A stretch of DNA of 64,000 nt from Zygnema circumcarinatum SAG 698-1b (GCA_037447605.1 CM074822.1:953492-1017491), one strand, 5' to 3'. Positions 29,282 to 49,300 are shown, counted from the stretch's first letter. A program made the numbers and translations. Notes: generated by a model not told the origin, from the letters alone.

Positions 29282-30568
29282 GATATTATGTTTGTTTAAG
29301 TGAGCGAATGAATTGATTTTTTTCATCATTATTTCTTTTGTTTTTTTTCTGAAGTCAGCTCCGCAGTGCATCTACCCTTTCGTGCGCTTCTAAATGCCAT
29401 TGTTTCGTTTTTGTCGAAACGGTTTTGCTTTTCGTTTTTGCCGATCCTGTCACTTTCAGGCAATTGATTTCATATATGGCCCTTGGAGTGCGTCGTCAAA
29501 TCTTCATGTTGCAACTTTTTGATCTAAAACCGTTTGAACTTTGCTGACGATGTTTTGTTTCGTTTAAGAGAAAAGACTTTTCTGATGTTTTCGAAAACAT
29601 TGTTGATGTGACAATGCATGTACGGAGGGTGGGGAAGAGGGAATGGGGGAGGGGACAAGGGGGGAGGGGGGTAGTACCTGTTGAAATTTAGGTACCCGAA
29701 TAAAAAAGGGGTAAACTGATTCCAAAACTTTAATGTACCAACCAAACACTGACAGAGGCACATGGTGGCTCCTCCCTTTCTACGTTGCCAACTATTTGTA
29801 CATCCCAAAATATGAAGCATGGCTCATAGGAAAATCTTGTGTGCTCGTTCCTTCCGGTCAGCCTCCAACTAGCCAACCTTAATGTTTGCAATCTGGCAAA
29901 ATTTAATAGGCTCTGACATGACACCGGAAACCGCGTCCGGTTTACATCCGCCTACAGGCACGTCTCAATTGCAGATAGTTGAAGTTTCCAAGTTGGAAAA
30001 AAAACTAGTGAACGATCAACTGCTCTGTTTAAAAAACTCAAAGACTTCGCTTCAGAGGTTTGAAAACTTTTGGCCAAGGTTTCCAACTCTGTAGATTCAA
30101 CCGAAAAAAAAAGTTGAAACATGAGGTCGTTGCTTTAGTAAGAGGGTGCTCGACCTTCGATGCACTCCTACATCCCTCTATTACATAGTAACTACAACGC
30201 CTCTCACTCCTCTCATACTCTCCCTCGTCATCCTCTCCTCCACTCACTCCTCTTCCTTTCCCCTCCCCCCTCCTCTCGCTTTTCCTCTCTTCGTTCTCCT
30301 CCACCCCCACCCTCCCCGCCCCTCCCGGGCTCCTCCACCTCCAAAAACCCAAAAACCCATTACCTTCATAACCTCACGAACTCTTTCAAATCCCCTTGGT
30401 CTATAACCGGACGCTCATTCTGAGACGTCGGGCCGACTAAGGCTTTCTAATATTCCCCAGATCCACCCTCCCTCTCTGTGCCTCTCTCTCTCTCACTCAG
30501 TATCTTCCTACATAGCTCCCTCTTTCACACAAAACAGTCCCCAAAACACTAAAGACTTCCCCTTAACC

Positions 30569-37354
<6,786 letters not shown>

Positions 37355-38091
37355 GGCTCTCTCAATCTCACTCTCTCTCTCTTTCTCTCTCTCTGTCTCT
37401 GTCTCCCTCTCTCCCTCCCTGTCTCTCTCTCGCTCACACTCTCCGTGCCCTTTGTCACTTCTTTAGCGAGCACCCCCTCTACTTTCCTTCTACTTCTCCT
37501 CTACTCCTCCCTCCTCTACTCCCACCACCTCTCCCGCCCTCATTCCCCCTCTCTCTCTCCCCTCTGCCTCTCCACCTCGACCCCACTCCCGCTCTCCCTC
37601 CCTCTCCCTCTCCCTCTCCCTCTCCCTCTCCCTCTTCCTCTTCCCCGCCGCAACACTTTCCCTCCCTCTCCCTCCCGCAAACCGGGCTCGTCTCAATTAC
37701 AAACTGGTCTTCCAGTATCTACCAATGAATGTACGCCACGTGTAACTTTTTGTACACGTGGCGAACCCCCACTGGCCAATGCTCGACTGCATCTTATTCG
37801 CAATGGGAAACGGCCCCACCGTGAGCTTTTTCGGAAGTGACGGGAGTAGCTAATTTTGTAAATATTTGTTTTGGAGCCTAAATGTCCACTTTCCACTGTG
37901 TTTTCTTCGCGGGTTTNNNNNNNNNNCCACACTCTTCCACTCACTCCCTCTGCCTCTCTCTCTTCCACTCTCTCCCTCTGCCCCTCTCTCTCCCCCTCTC
38001 TCTCCCTCTCCCCCTCCCTCTCCCCCTCTCCCTCTCCCCTCTCTCTCCCCCTCGCCCTCTCCCTCTCTCTCTCTCCCTCCCACAGGGGCAC

Positions 38092-40040
38092 ATGGCGCAG
38101 TTCAAGCAGAAGACAGTGAGCCTCCCTCCAATGCGCCGCGGCTGCCATTTGGTAACATCTCTGGTACAGGCGCCCCACCGCTTTCACCCCTTTCTTCTTT
38201 TCATTTCCTTTGCCTCTTTCAATCTGCTTCAGCAGCAGCCCATGAGAAATAAGAGTTAATCATTTAAAAAAAAATAAACTTTTGCCTTTTCTACGTTTTT
38301 TAACGGACTGTGCTTCAAGCAATGTAAATTTTTATGTGGGCGTATGGGTGTTTCTTTTTTTATGGTGGTGTTAATGCTTTTGGGCGCTGCTTGCAGGTGT
38401 TGAAGCACTTGGATGGGGACCTCAAGTCATTCAATTGCGGCTTAGCGCACTTCTTTTGTAAGCCCATCGACACCGTTAAGAGCACTCCCTTTACTTTATC
38501 AAATGCTTCTTGAGAGGAGGGGCATGGGGCGAGAGAGGAGGGCGAGAAGAGGTCTAGAGAGGAGAGAGTGGGCGGAGGGAGAGATTGCGGGAGAGGAGGG
38601 TGTTAGAGAATGTGAGAGAAGAGGGCGAGGGAGGAGAGAGAAGTTGAAGGGAGAGAGAGAGAGGGATGGGAGAGATTTGATGGGGAGAGGAGGGTGAGAG
38701 AAGAGGCGAGAGAAGAGGGCGAGGGAGGAGAGAGAGGGCGGAGGGAGAGAAGGGATGGGGAGAGGAGGGCGAGAGAGGAGTGAGAGAGATTGGAGCTCAG
38801 AGGAGAGATCGCCCCACGAATAGGAGCGAAGACAGCTGTGGGAGAGGAGAGATGAGCTTCTTTTGGATTTAATTTCGAAGTCGTTAACACAAGCTTCATT
38901 CACTCATACTTGTTCCGAATCAGGTTTTTTTTTTTTTCTTAACAGGAGAGGGAAAGGGGGTTCGTTTTTTCCCATTTTATTTTATTTATTTTCTGGCAGT
39001 GCAACACTCAAGCGCCTCTTTGACGATAAATGAAAACTACGATAGCGATGTGTTACGTGACATGGAGACTTTTTTGGATACCACTGTTCCCGAGGTATGA
39101 TGTTTTTTGATTTTTTTTTTTCTGGTTTTTTTTTCTTGCAGATTATTTGAGAAATTTCTTGCGTTCTATGTAATAGGAAAGGTTCGTTTTTCTGATTCTT
39201 ATATGGGACTTCCATATGTTGATTTAAGTTTATTGGGGATGCCTTTGTTTTTTTAATTGCAGGGAAGACAAGCACCCTGGAAGCACACCATGGAAGGTAA
39301 AACATTTTAAGGTTTCCCGCAAGTGGGCTTGTTATTTCCATGTTTTTGAAGAGGCTAGCCCCATCTTTATCTCTGAATGGATAAGGGAGGGAGGGAGGGA
39401 GGGAGGGAGGAATTAGCGGAAGCACGGGGGACAGGGAGCTGAAGTCTAAGAGAAAGGGAGCGACGGAAAGTGAGAGAGAGAAAGGGAGGGAGAGATGGAG
39501 GGAGAGAGGTGTGTACTAAGGTATTATTGAATGCTGAAGCTGCGTAGCAGACTCGAGGGGGCATCGACTGTCTGAGATAGCTCCTTGTGATGGCTGCTTT
39601 TTTTCTAATATTCATTTCGGGAGACATGCAGGGCCTGACGACATGCCGGCACATGTGAAATCCTCCATGTTCGGTTGTGATCTCACGTGAGTTTCCTCTT
39701 TGAAATCGACTAATGTTAATCATGCATGTCTAAAGATCGAGCGATTAATCATATACTGAACAAGGGTAGGTTTTAGTAGTAATGAGGTGCCATGAAGATT
39801 GTGTTTCTTATCTTTGTTTGAGCAGGTACGGTGGAATGTGGGGATCATTTTACTAATATGTTAATTAGGGTCACCTTCACCTTCAAAATTTTCTTTTGAC
39901 GATTCATGTTTTTTTGTGTGGGCAGGATACCTATTTCTGAAGGGCGTCTGAACTTGGGAACCTGGCAGGGAATTTGGCTCTGTGAGCATAGGGATCAAGG
40001 GAGCTCACGCAAAATAGTGGTCACTCTGATGGGCAATTGA
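38092..40040 (+). CDS. yjbQ: YjbQ/UPF0047 family protein (secondary thiamine-phosphate synthase-like), 6 coding exons
   Basis: [22 protein letters not shown]; [27 protein letters not shown]; [21 protein letters not shown]; [26 protein letters not shown] exons start at ~38092, 38398, 38999, 39263, 39632 and 39926. Confidence 0.93.
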
Positions 40041-40928
40041 AAATGATCTCTAAGAAAGAGAAGCGAAAGGGATTCGTATCGATCTTGCGATGGTGACATC
40101 ATCAAATGTACATAATAGGGATTTGAAGAGCTAATGGAATAGTGTACAGTGTACAGTGTACAGAGCTTGTATTTGGAGGGAGGTCTTGGTTCTGAACCTA
40201 GAGAGAGGGAGCGAGGAAGTGGGTCAGGCGCCGCCCACCATTCAACTTCCTAAGTGCTCATAAGTGTTCGGAAGTTGAAGGTGGAGAGAGCATGTTCTGA
40301 TTGGATGGAGCCGTTTGTTATGACTCCGTTGTATCTGGGCACTCCTTTGCCGAGGCTATATACCGACCTCTTAAAAACGATAGCAAAACTTCTTTGTCAA
40401 GCAATGTCGTTCCCGCAGAGAACTGTTACTTCACCATGTTTTGCACACAGAACTCAAAAACTTTTGGAGCTCGAAGCAATGAAAAAGAACGATGCTGTAC
40501 ACAGATGTGCTTAGGTATTCATGTCAAAGGGAACAGAAATGTTCAAGAACATTATTGCAATCTATGTTTCGATTTTATTTTCTATATTTTTAAGTATGCC
40601 TCATGAGGCCAAGCCCGAAGAGGACCGTCAGACAACACCCTTTTCGGTATGCCTTATCATATCAACCCAAAGCCTTGGGTCTTCCCAATCAATTACGTCA
40701 AGAATCATCTCTCTAAAGAGCAACCTTGGGCGTATTATGCGTCCCTCCGGACAAATGCAATATAGTTAAAGCAACCCTAATATGCGAATTCTATTTTTTC
40801 TCCTTTCTACATATCAACCCAGTCGGAAAGTTCCCTTCGGGCTCCAATTTCCTGGGTGGAAGATAATCCTTCAATCACTTGCTTGTAAGCTCCATGCCAT
40901 GGGCATGAATGAAGGAAGCCCATCCATG

Positions 40929-42808
40929 TCATGCATGCATGGATGGTAACTGACTCTGTCTTGCTATAGCAAACCAACGCCCTTTTTCCCCCACGCCAGC
41001 CTCCTTCAGGTTTTTGGAGAAAAACTTCTGCGTATAAGGCTGCCATTTCAGTTCCTTGAGAGCAAACATGTGCTCTTGAAGACCCGCGCTGATGTCCTCA
41101 TCCTTCACATTTTTGCAGTACGTGACAACGAGCCGCCGGAGGTCCTTGCATCCGACTACAACTGCTTCGAGTCCGTTGGCAGTGAGTAAAGAGCAGCCCT
41201 CCAAAGTCAACGATTGAAGCTGCCTGCACTCAATATCAGCACCTGCCCTTATCAAAATGTATGCTCTGCGTGACTAGAGTAAACGTGTGTACATTTGCTT
41301 AAAAAGAATGACGGAACGAGGCAGGGAAGGTTCATCACAGGTTCAAGGTGAACAAGGAAATAAAGATGGAGGAGTATGAGGCTACCAAAGCTGATAAACG
41401 TTTACTATTATAAAAAGAAAGAAAGACTTCAAGTTTCAGGACTAGTCTCAGCAGGACATCATCTAGCAGAAATTAGGGAATCTCCATGATGCGGCATCTT
41501 ACGACCCAAACAAGACACGGACAATCAAACGTAGAATTTAGCCCTTTACAAAAGGTCAGAAAATGGAAGGCAGACGTACCTGCAGTTTGCCAAACACGTG
41601 AACTGCTCATCTTCAAGCCCCCAACAATCTCGAATAGTCAACTGGCGAATGCCCTCACAAACGGTAAGAAGGGCCATAAAGCCCACGGGAGGCCGTACAT
41701 CACACAACACTAATTCCAATTGACTAAGGCAAGGGCAAGCTATGAGCTCATCCGGAGACCCCGGGACTTTATCCATGTGCTTCAAACCCTCCAACCTCAG
41801 CGTCTGCAAGCTCTGGTAATTTTGTAGAGCTTTCATCCAACCGGACTTAAGACCTTTCCCTCCTAGAACAAGTACCGACAACATCGGACAATTTTGACCT
41901 ACCGCGGCTAAACCCTTATAGCCAATATCGCAGCCAACAAGAGAGAGCACCATGATGCGTCTGCTGCACATAGCCAAATGCTCTAAGCCTCCATCTGTAA
42001 ATGTCCCATGATAGAAGCCGGCCGAAACACCGACCATACGGAGGACCTGCAAGTTACTGAATTCGGCTAATGTTAGGGCAGTAGAATCCGTACACTGCCG
42101 AACTTCGAGCTCTTGCAGTCCGGGGCAGTATTTTGCGACTAATTCCAAGCCCTGAAAGCTGCTTCTCCTTGCCTTGGAAACTGGCAAGCTTGCTTCAGTA
42201 ACCCTTCCGGGTAATCCTAGTGGGGTTGCAGGAGCTGATTTGCTACCGTTCCGACCCATATCTCCTCCTACTGCAATTCCTGAAAAGTCAAAGGAGCGTG
42301 TGCTTCCCAGCCTCTGAACATCAACTACACATAAACTCCTTAATTCTCTGCATCCACAGACCAGTTTGTAGAGGCCCCTATCAAAGGACAGGGGAGTGGG
42401 CCACTGCTCCTCCATGTTGCGTTCCCAGTCAAACGGACTGCTTGCATCAGACCCCATCCGCATCGTAAAGTTGCTGCAGGACATCATCACGGTAGCGTGG
42501 GATTCTGTTGCGTCAAACTTCACTCCGGTCCAAGCAGGCGAAAGGTCTACATCGGTAAGGTTAGGGAACCTTTTCGCCAGTCTTCCACTCTCAAGAAAAC
42601 TCCACTCATGTAATGTAAGTTTGGTCTTCAAGAGGCCGAGCAAACGCATCCACCTCTTGCTCACGAGAGAGAGCTTCTTCAAGTCCATGGGGTCCTTCAC
42701 CATCTGAAGGATTCGAATAAGAACATCATCCCCGAAAAAAGAAGTGACATCTTCGCCCGAACTCAAGGCGGATAGGTCGCTGGAAGAAGAGCTCGCACTG
42801 AACGCCAT
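40929..42808 (-). CDS. F-box/LRR protein (At5g07670/At5g51370-like); exons 41580-42808, 40929-41223
   Basis: F-box DVTSFFGDDVLIRILQMV...SLVSKRW; WSFLESGRLAKRFPNLTDVDL; cysteine-containing LRRs (CPGLQELEVRQC, LTLEGCSLLTANGLEAVV); AG|G junction in phase. Confidence 0.92.
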
Positions 42809-44186
42809 AATGCAGAAAAAAAGTCTTGGCTTCCTGAAGAGCTATTTCTGCAAGTATAACAGCAGAGGAGAAAGTTGAGTGGACAGACTATTGGTAAGCA
42901 TCAATCAGAAAAGTGTTATCATAAGAGAGAGGCAAGAGAGGGCTTCACGATGATAAACTACCAAGTATACTTAGAAACAGGAATACATAAATGATTCCTA
43001 GCTCGCGGCCTTCAACACTATCAGTTGCAAGCGGGGGCAGGTACGCTACCTATCAAAACCTACAGTTTCAGGAAGTCTTAATTTGAAGGGTAGAGAGGGG
43101 TCGAGAAGTAGATAAAGGCAAACAAAAACAGAGTCAGAGAAAGTGAGCGGAAGAGTACCAGAGGAAGAAAAAAGGGTAGAGGCGGAAAGAGGGCGGAGAA
43201 TGGGACAGACGAATTAAGAGACAGGGAGAGAAAAGAGGGAGGGAAGAGAGGAACAGTAGGGAGGGAGAGAAGAGAGGGAAAGAGGGGAAGAAGAGAAGGA
43301 GAGAAGGCAAGGAGAGACGAGAGGAGAGAAGAGATAGAGAAAAGAGAAGAAAAGAAGCGAGGGAAAGAAGAGAGACGAAGAGAGAGAGAGACGAGAGAGA
43401 GACGAGCGAGAGAGCGCGGGAGAAGAGAGGGAGAGAGGAACAGACAAGTATTCACGGCAGCAAAGCACACACTAAGGCTCAGACCGGCCAAAAAAAAATT
43501 TGCACAAAAAGTACATGTATGCAAGAACCGTACAGAAAATATGCTGTCGCTTTATCCTGCAAGGCGCCTTCCTCCGAGCCACACCTCTTGTGATCCTGCT
43601 GCAGCACCAGAACCACAACCAGAATGCAGAATACAAAAATCCGAGCAGCATTCAGGGCAGCCAGCTCCTCCCTCCATCCCTCTCCCTCTCCCTCCCTTCC
43701 TCCCTCCCTCCCTCCCTCTCTCCCCCTCTCCCTCCCTCCCTCCCTCCCTCTCTCTCCCTTCCTCCCTCTCTCCCTCTCTCCCTCTCTCCCTCCCTCGCCC
43801 TCCCTCTTCGCCTGCAGCAGAAAAATGCTCTTAGGGCCAGCCAGTATCCGTACTATCAGCCAAGGCAAGCAGGCCGTACGGTCCGGTGGCCATATCGGAC
43901 GATATATCGATAATGGTGTACGATACGCGTTCGAAAACTGGATCCGACACGACGCGTCATAGCCGTACAAAGCGTACGAACGTACGGACAAACTAGGTCT
44001 CCGGGGCCAGGGTGGATTTCTGCTTACAGTACTGTACTGTACTGTACTGTGCCGTCAAATACCGTACAGTCAGTTTGTCCGATCACCGTTGAGCTTGAAC
44101 ATCTTGGGTATTTTTTATGAAAATGTTCAATTCGGATGGCTTGAATTGAACTGGAGAAACTTTAGAAATGAATTAGGGTTTCCGTT

Positions 44187-45129
44187 GGGTAGTGATATTT
44201 CCACCCCTTTTTTGGATCCAAACACCCCTTCCCGGCCGGGCAGATTGCAAAAGGGATTAAAAACGGAAAATGCTTTTTTCACACCTTTTTGGAATCGATA
44301 CCCACCTCCTTTCGTCGGCTGATTTTATTTTTGGTAACCAAGGAAAATGATACCCCGTCACTGCATTTTGAATACTGTATCCCGCCTCCCTGAATTTTTG
44401 AGGGGAAGAAATATCTGCCAGCCCAAATCCGCTCGAAGTGGAAGATCCGTCAGCCACGAGATCGTTCGCGGATGTCCGTCCTTCACACGTGTGTGTCAAT
44501 CGCAGCTGTCGATTCCCTCGCAGATCGCACCATTGCAGGTCACCGTTCGATCTGCAGCCGGGCTCGATCTTAGCGAATGGAAAGCGCCCACGAGTCCCGT
44601 CAAAGCCGGATCGCACGAGCGAATGCGCGCTTCCCTCGGCCCGAGATCTCGTCATTGTTAAATCCCAGCCAATAAACATCAGCCACGTGTTACATTTTTG
44701 ACGTGGAAATTTTTGATTGGTCCAAGCTCTCAATGTACGAAATTTTGGGTTCCACAAGTTGCGACCGTACACCATTTGTACGGACAATCTTTTCAGACGA
44801 CTTTGGCGGGATACGTGGGCACGTGCCATTCGCTGTGACCGAGCCCGGCTGCAGATCAAATAGCGATCTGCCGTGTTGCGATCTGCGAGGGAATCGACGG
44901 CTGCGATTGACCGCACGCGTGGAAAAAAATTCAGGTAGGCGGGATATTCAAAATGAGGTGACGGGTTATCATTTTCCTTGTTTCGCAAAAATAAAATCTG
45001 CCGATGGAGAGTCGGTATCGATTCCAAAAAGGTGTGAAAAAAGTATTTTCCGTTTTTAATCCATTTTGAAATCTGCCCGGCCGGGAAGGAGTGTTTGGAT
45101 CCAAAAAAGGGGTGGAAATATCACTACCC
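44187..45129. mobile_element. Non-autonomous foldback TIR element (Mutator-like), 943 bp, exact 8-bp TSD TTTCCGTT
   Basis: Ends GGGTAGTGATATTTCCACCCC... / ...GGGGTGGAAATATCACTACCC. TTTCCGTT at 44179-44186 and 45130-45137. Inverted homology extends inward to ~44610 and ~44800. Confidence 0.92.
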
Positions 45130-47410
45130 TTTCCGTTGACTATATAATTTTTATAAAAATGTTTAAATTCTGGGCGTATTAGAAAATAGTTTTTCCTACA
45201 AACGTCGGTCGCAATATGCGGATCGGGACGATCTTAGCCGTCCAATGCACGGTAGTTCGCCTTTATGCACATGTTGAACATGGTCGGAGCCAGAGCCATT
45301 GGAATTAGAATGCCGATCAATTATACCGTACAAAATAACTTGTTTTCCATACGATACCATACGGCATGAATGTAAATAATGTGAAATATGTATGTAATGT
45401 TATGTATGTATATTATGTTATGTATGTAAATAAGGGGGACGAGATTTGCATTGATGTCACGATGGCGAGGCCATTAAATGTACATGGACGAAGTCAGCAT
45501 GAGGAACCACAAGGAACTGGTCGCAAAGGACCTAAGGCACATCTCAAGGAGCGATGGGCGCACGCACGCACCTGGCGAAAAGGAAGGCATCCAAACGGGC
45601 GTCGAGGCAACCACAAATCTCAATAGCCGTAGGGACAAAATCGTCTCTTTGTGTCTGCGCGGCCTATCGCCACGCGCCACGTGTCCATAACACGTATCGA
45701 TTCTAGCCTAAAACTCCTGTGACGGCGCGCCACGTGGCCAATCCCGATGTCCCGTCTCCACACCAAACAAAGTGTAAGGGCAGACCCTAGCGGTCTGTTC
45801 AGACGGGGACCAGATCACCTAAGGAGTTCGGATATCGGCGAATCGCGTGCTGACACGTGATGTCACAAAATTAAAAAGCCCGGAAAAGGTTTTACAACGG
45901 GCAGATGTTTCAACGAATCGCATGTTGACACGTGGCGCCATGGTACCGAATCGAAACAACTATTCGAATGGTTCGGAACCAGGGGATGCCAATGGAGGGA
46001 GGGAGCGGCAGTCGTAATGCCAAAGAAGCCAATATGAATGAATGAATGGCAATATTGGTGCTGCAAAAGAACTCCGTTGCCTTGCTCTCCTCCAGCACCT
46101 CCAGCAAGGAAGGGTTGACAGCATTAATCGTGAACGACGGAGGAAACAATGGATGAAAATAATGGGTTCATTGCGCAAGCTACCTTCATCAAAATGTTTA
46201 AAACCGCAAAGCACGCGGAGCAAATGATGATATCCTGGCCTAAAACTGAAAGCTTCTTATATTTTCAGTGGCAATTGAGTACTCTCATAAATCACTCCTA
46301 ATGGTAATTCAGATGGCTTCTTTGCTCCCTAGTGCATCACATCCAGGTGGTTGCCATCCCTTGGGACCTGCTCATTCCTTTTATTTCTTCCAACTGCTGT
46401 CAGTAGTGGCTTGGCGAGCAATCTTTTATTATGCTCCGATCTCAAGTGTCTCGTCGCTTGATCTTGTATTGATACCTCTGCAGGAAATGCCGTGCATAAG
46501 TTGAACTCCCTGACAGCCTCTGAGAAATATTTGAAGCATGAATAATACTCAACCCCAAAATTCGAAGTATACAACTAGGTCTTCGAGGCAAATGACACGC
46601 AATCATAGGACGGGAATTCCATGGACGATGATCAATAGTAAAACAGTTTCAACAGCACATTCCCTTCATTGCAGCAAACATCGTGATAGCGCCAACTTCA
46701 ATAGAGGAGCCAATTGCACCGAACAACAAGCATAATGCATCTCATACAGTCGGCAGCACGTTGCAAGCTCACCCTGAATAGCGGCTGAACCACTCCGCCC
46801 CGACGATCTCAATGGTTTCATTGTCTGCCATTGCTGAGAGGAACAGCATCCCTGTGATCAGCTCGGGATAGATGACAAACCAGATCGCCTCCTGCACTGC
46901 CCCACAGTTGAGCGGCTGTCCAAACCAGTGCAGGAATGCACCACAGCGGTGAAGAAACGTGAACCTCTCAGTATGTCTTAAATTTTGCGTATCCCAAGAA
47001 GTGTCAGCCTCCGATCAAACCAGACTGCCAGTATTCTCCCACATGGTTCGTTCAGTCACTGTAGCTTTCAACCTCGAGCAGGACAGACTTGGTCCTTGAA
47101 CATCCAACAACCAGTTTCCAGACCTGAACAGTGGCCCTTATCATGTCCTCAGCATTCCAGAAGAGCTGCTGCAAAAGGGCATTTCCATGATTCCGGCAAC
47201 TTGTTTCCCCCAAGAGCGTGATTTTCCTCCTGTACCAACTTCCACTAACTGCCTACTGTGGCACATTGTATATGAGCTCGTACTGTGAACTTGCACAGAT
47301 GCGTCTTTTGGGCTTTCCAAAAGTCGGTCTCCGGAACTGCCGGGGGAAGCCCTGCACCGCTGCTGCCGCCACCAGCTTGCAGGCTCGCGGAGCCATTCTT
47401 TGGGAGACTT

Positions 47411-49300
47411 TCCGCTCTGTGCCGCATTCGGAAACTGAATTGTGACAAACATCTTTACAATGAAGCCCCTAATTATCTGTCCGGGAGAACGAAACATCGA
47501 TTAGATATCAACGAGATATTTGCAAGATTCAAAATGAGCTTTAAGAAATTGACATGCTTTCAATAAAATGCTTCATTCCACGGGGGGCTAACAGCCGATG
47601 GGTGCTAGAGAAGTAGAATAGTTGCGGGGAAGAATAGATAGCGAGCCCTTTGTGCGAGAGAGAGAGAGTGAGCGGGGGGGGGGAAGAGAGAGGGGGAGGG
47701 AGAGACAGAGAGTGGGAGGGAGAGCGGGGGGGAGAGAGAGAGAGGGAGAGGGAGAAACAGAGAGTGGGAGAGAGAGCAGGGGGGAGAGAGAGAGAGAGGG
47801 AGAGAGAGAGAGAGGGAGAGACCGAGAGTGGGGGAGAGAGAAAAGCAAACCTAAGGCGAGGAAGCGTTTGAACGTATGAGAGAAGGAGAGAGAAGAAAAG
47901 GTGACAGAAGAGAAAATGAGCTGACGGATAGCAAATATAGAGAAAAAAAAAAGGAGAGATGGAGAAAGAAGGAGCGGAAAAACGCAACTATAAAGGTAAA
48001 AGAAAGATCAAAAAAGACGAAAACAAGGTTTACAAAACAGTTGGCTTGTTCCTCACAAGCTGCACGTTCTGATGGCGTCCCTCACCGCCTGCACGGGGGA
48101 GAGGGCGGCAGCCATGCCTGCCGCAGAAGGAAGAGGGAGGGAGGGCGGGAGGGAGGGAACCAGAGGCCTCCGTGCAGGCGCCTTGCCTGAAACAAGAGCA
48201 CGTTCAAGACTCCGCCCAATTGGAGATCGCCACGTGGACACAAGTACCCACGTGACAGCCTGAGATTCGTCGGTTTTTAAGGGTACCGTTGACGGAAGCC
48301 GTGTGTTGACTCAACACTGTTGAGTCTGTTGAGTGTTGACACAGCGGATCGCTCTGGGAAAGTACAAAGGGCGAGGGAGGGCTTCCGTCAGCGGTACCCT
48401 ACAAGACCGACGAAACTCAGGCTGCCACGTGGGCACAAATGCCTACGTGGCGAGCTTCGATTGGGCGGAGACTTGAAAGTGCTCCTGTTGCAGGCAAGGC
48501 GCTTGCAGGGAGGCCTCTCTGGCTCCCTCCCTCCCTCCCGCTTTCTCTCTTCTGCGGCAGCCATGGCTGCCACCCTCTCCCCCGTGCAGGCGGTGAGGGA
48601 CGCCATAAAAACGTGCAGCTTGTGAGTAACAAGCCAACTGTTTTCTGCAACTTTGTTTCGTCTTTTTTGATTTTTTTTTCTCTTTAGTTGCGTTTTTCCG
48701 CTTCTTCTTTTTCCATCTCTCCTTCTTTTGTTTTTTCTCTATTTCTGCTATCCGTCAGATCATTGTCTCTTCTTTCAGCTTTTTTTCTCTTTCCTTCTCC
48801 CATACTTTCAAACGCTTTCTCGCCTTAGGTTTGCTTCTCCCTCTCTCCCTCTCCCTCTCTCTCTCCCTCTCTCCCTCGCTCTTTCTATCTCTCTCTTCCC
48901 CCCTCGCTCTCTCTCCCACTCTCTGTCTCTCCCTCTCTCTCTCTCTCCCCCCCGCTCTCTCTCCCACTCTGTGTCTCCCTCTCCCTCTCTCTCTTTCCCC
49001 TGCTCTCCTTCCCACTCTCTGTCTCTCCCCCCCCTCTGTCTCTCCCCCCCCCTCTCTCTCTCTCTCGCACAAAGGGCTCGCTATCTATTCTTCCCCGCAA
49101 CTATTCTACTTCTCTAGCACCCATCGGCTGTTAGCCCCCCATGGAATGAAGCATTTTATTGAAAGCATGTCAATTTTTTAAAGCGCATTTTGAATCTTGC
49201 AAATATCTCGTTGATATCTAGTCGATGTTTCGTTCTCCCGGACAGATAATTAGGGCTTCATTGTAAAGATGTCTGTCACAATTTAGTTGCCAAATGCGGC
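47411..49300. repeat. ~1.9-kb palindrome: ~890-bp inverted arms (47411-48300 vs 48379-49300) around a 78-bp spacer
   Basis: Innermost arm ...GGTACCGTTGACGGAAGCC (ends 48300) vs GGCTTCCGTCAGCGGTACC... (starts 48379). Outer arm CTCTGTGCCGCATT...TTTACAATGAAGCCC..TAATTATCTGTCCGGGAG vs its reverse complement near 49235-49300. Confidence 0.93.

Noticed and set aside
46600-46960. Minus-strand peptides (AMADNETIEIVG, DALCLLFGAIGSSIEV, MEFPSYD) as a second full DUF639 paralog
   Set aside because: The similarity is weak, spread over different frames and based on recalled sequences. It cannot be supported without an HMM search and is kept only as a hypothesis in the findings.
48300-48379. Palindrome arms as termini of two back-to-back transposons (both start GGCTTCCGTC)
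   Set aside because: The arms contain a functional exon 1 of DUF639, and I found no matching far termini or TSDs. GGCTTCCGTC near 63951 is an isolated 10-mer.
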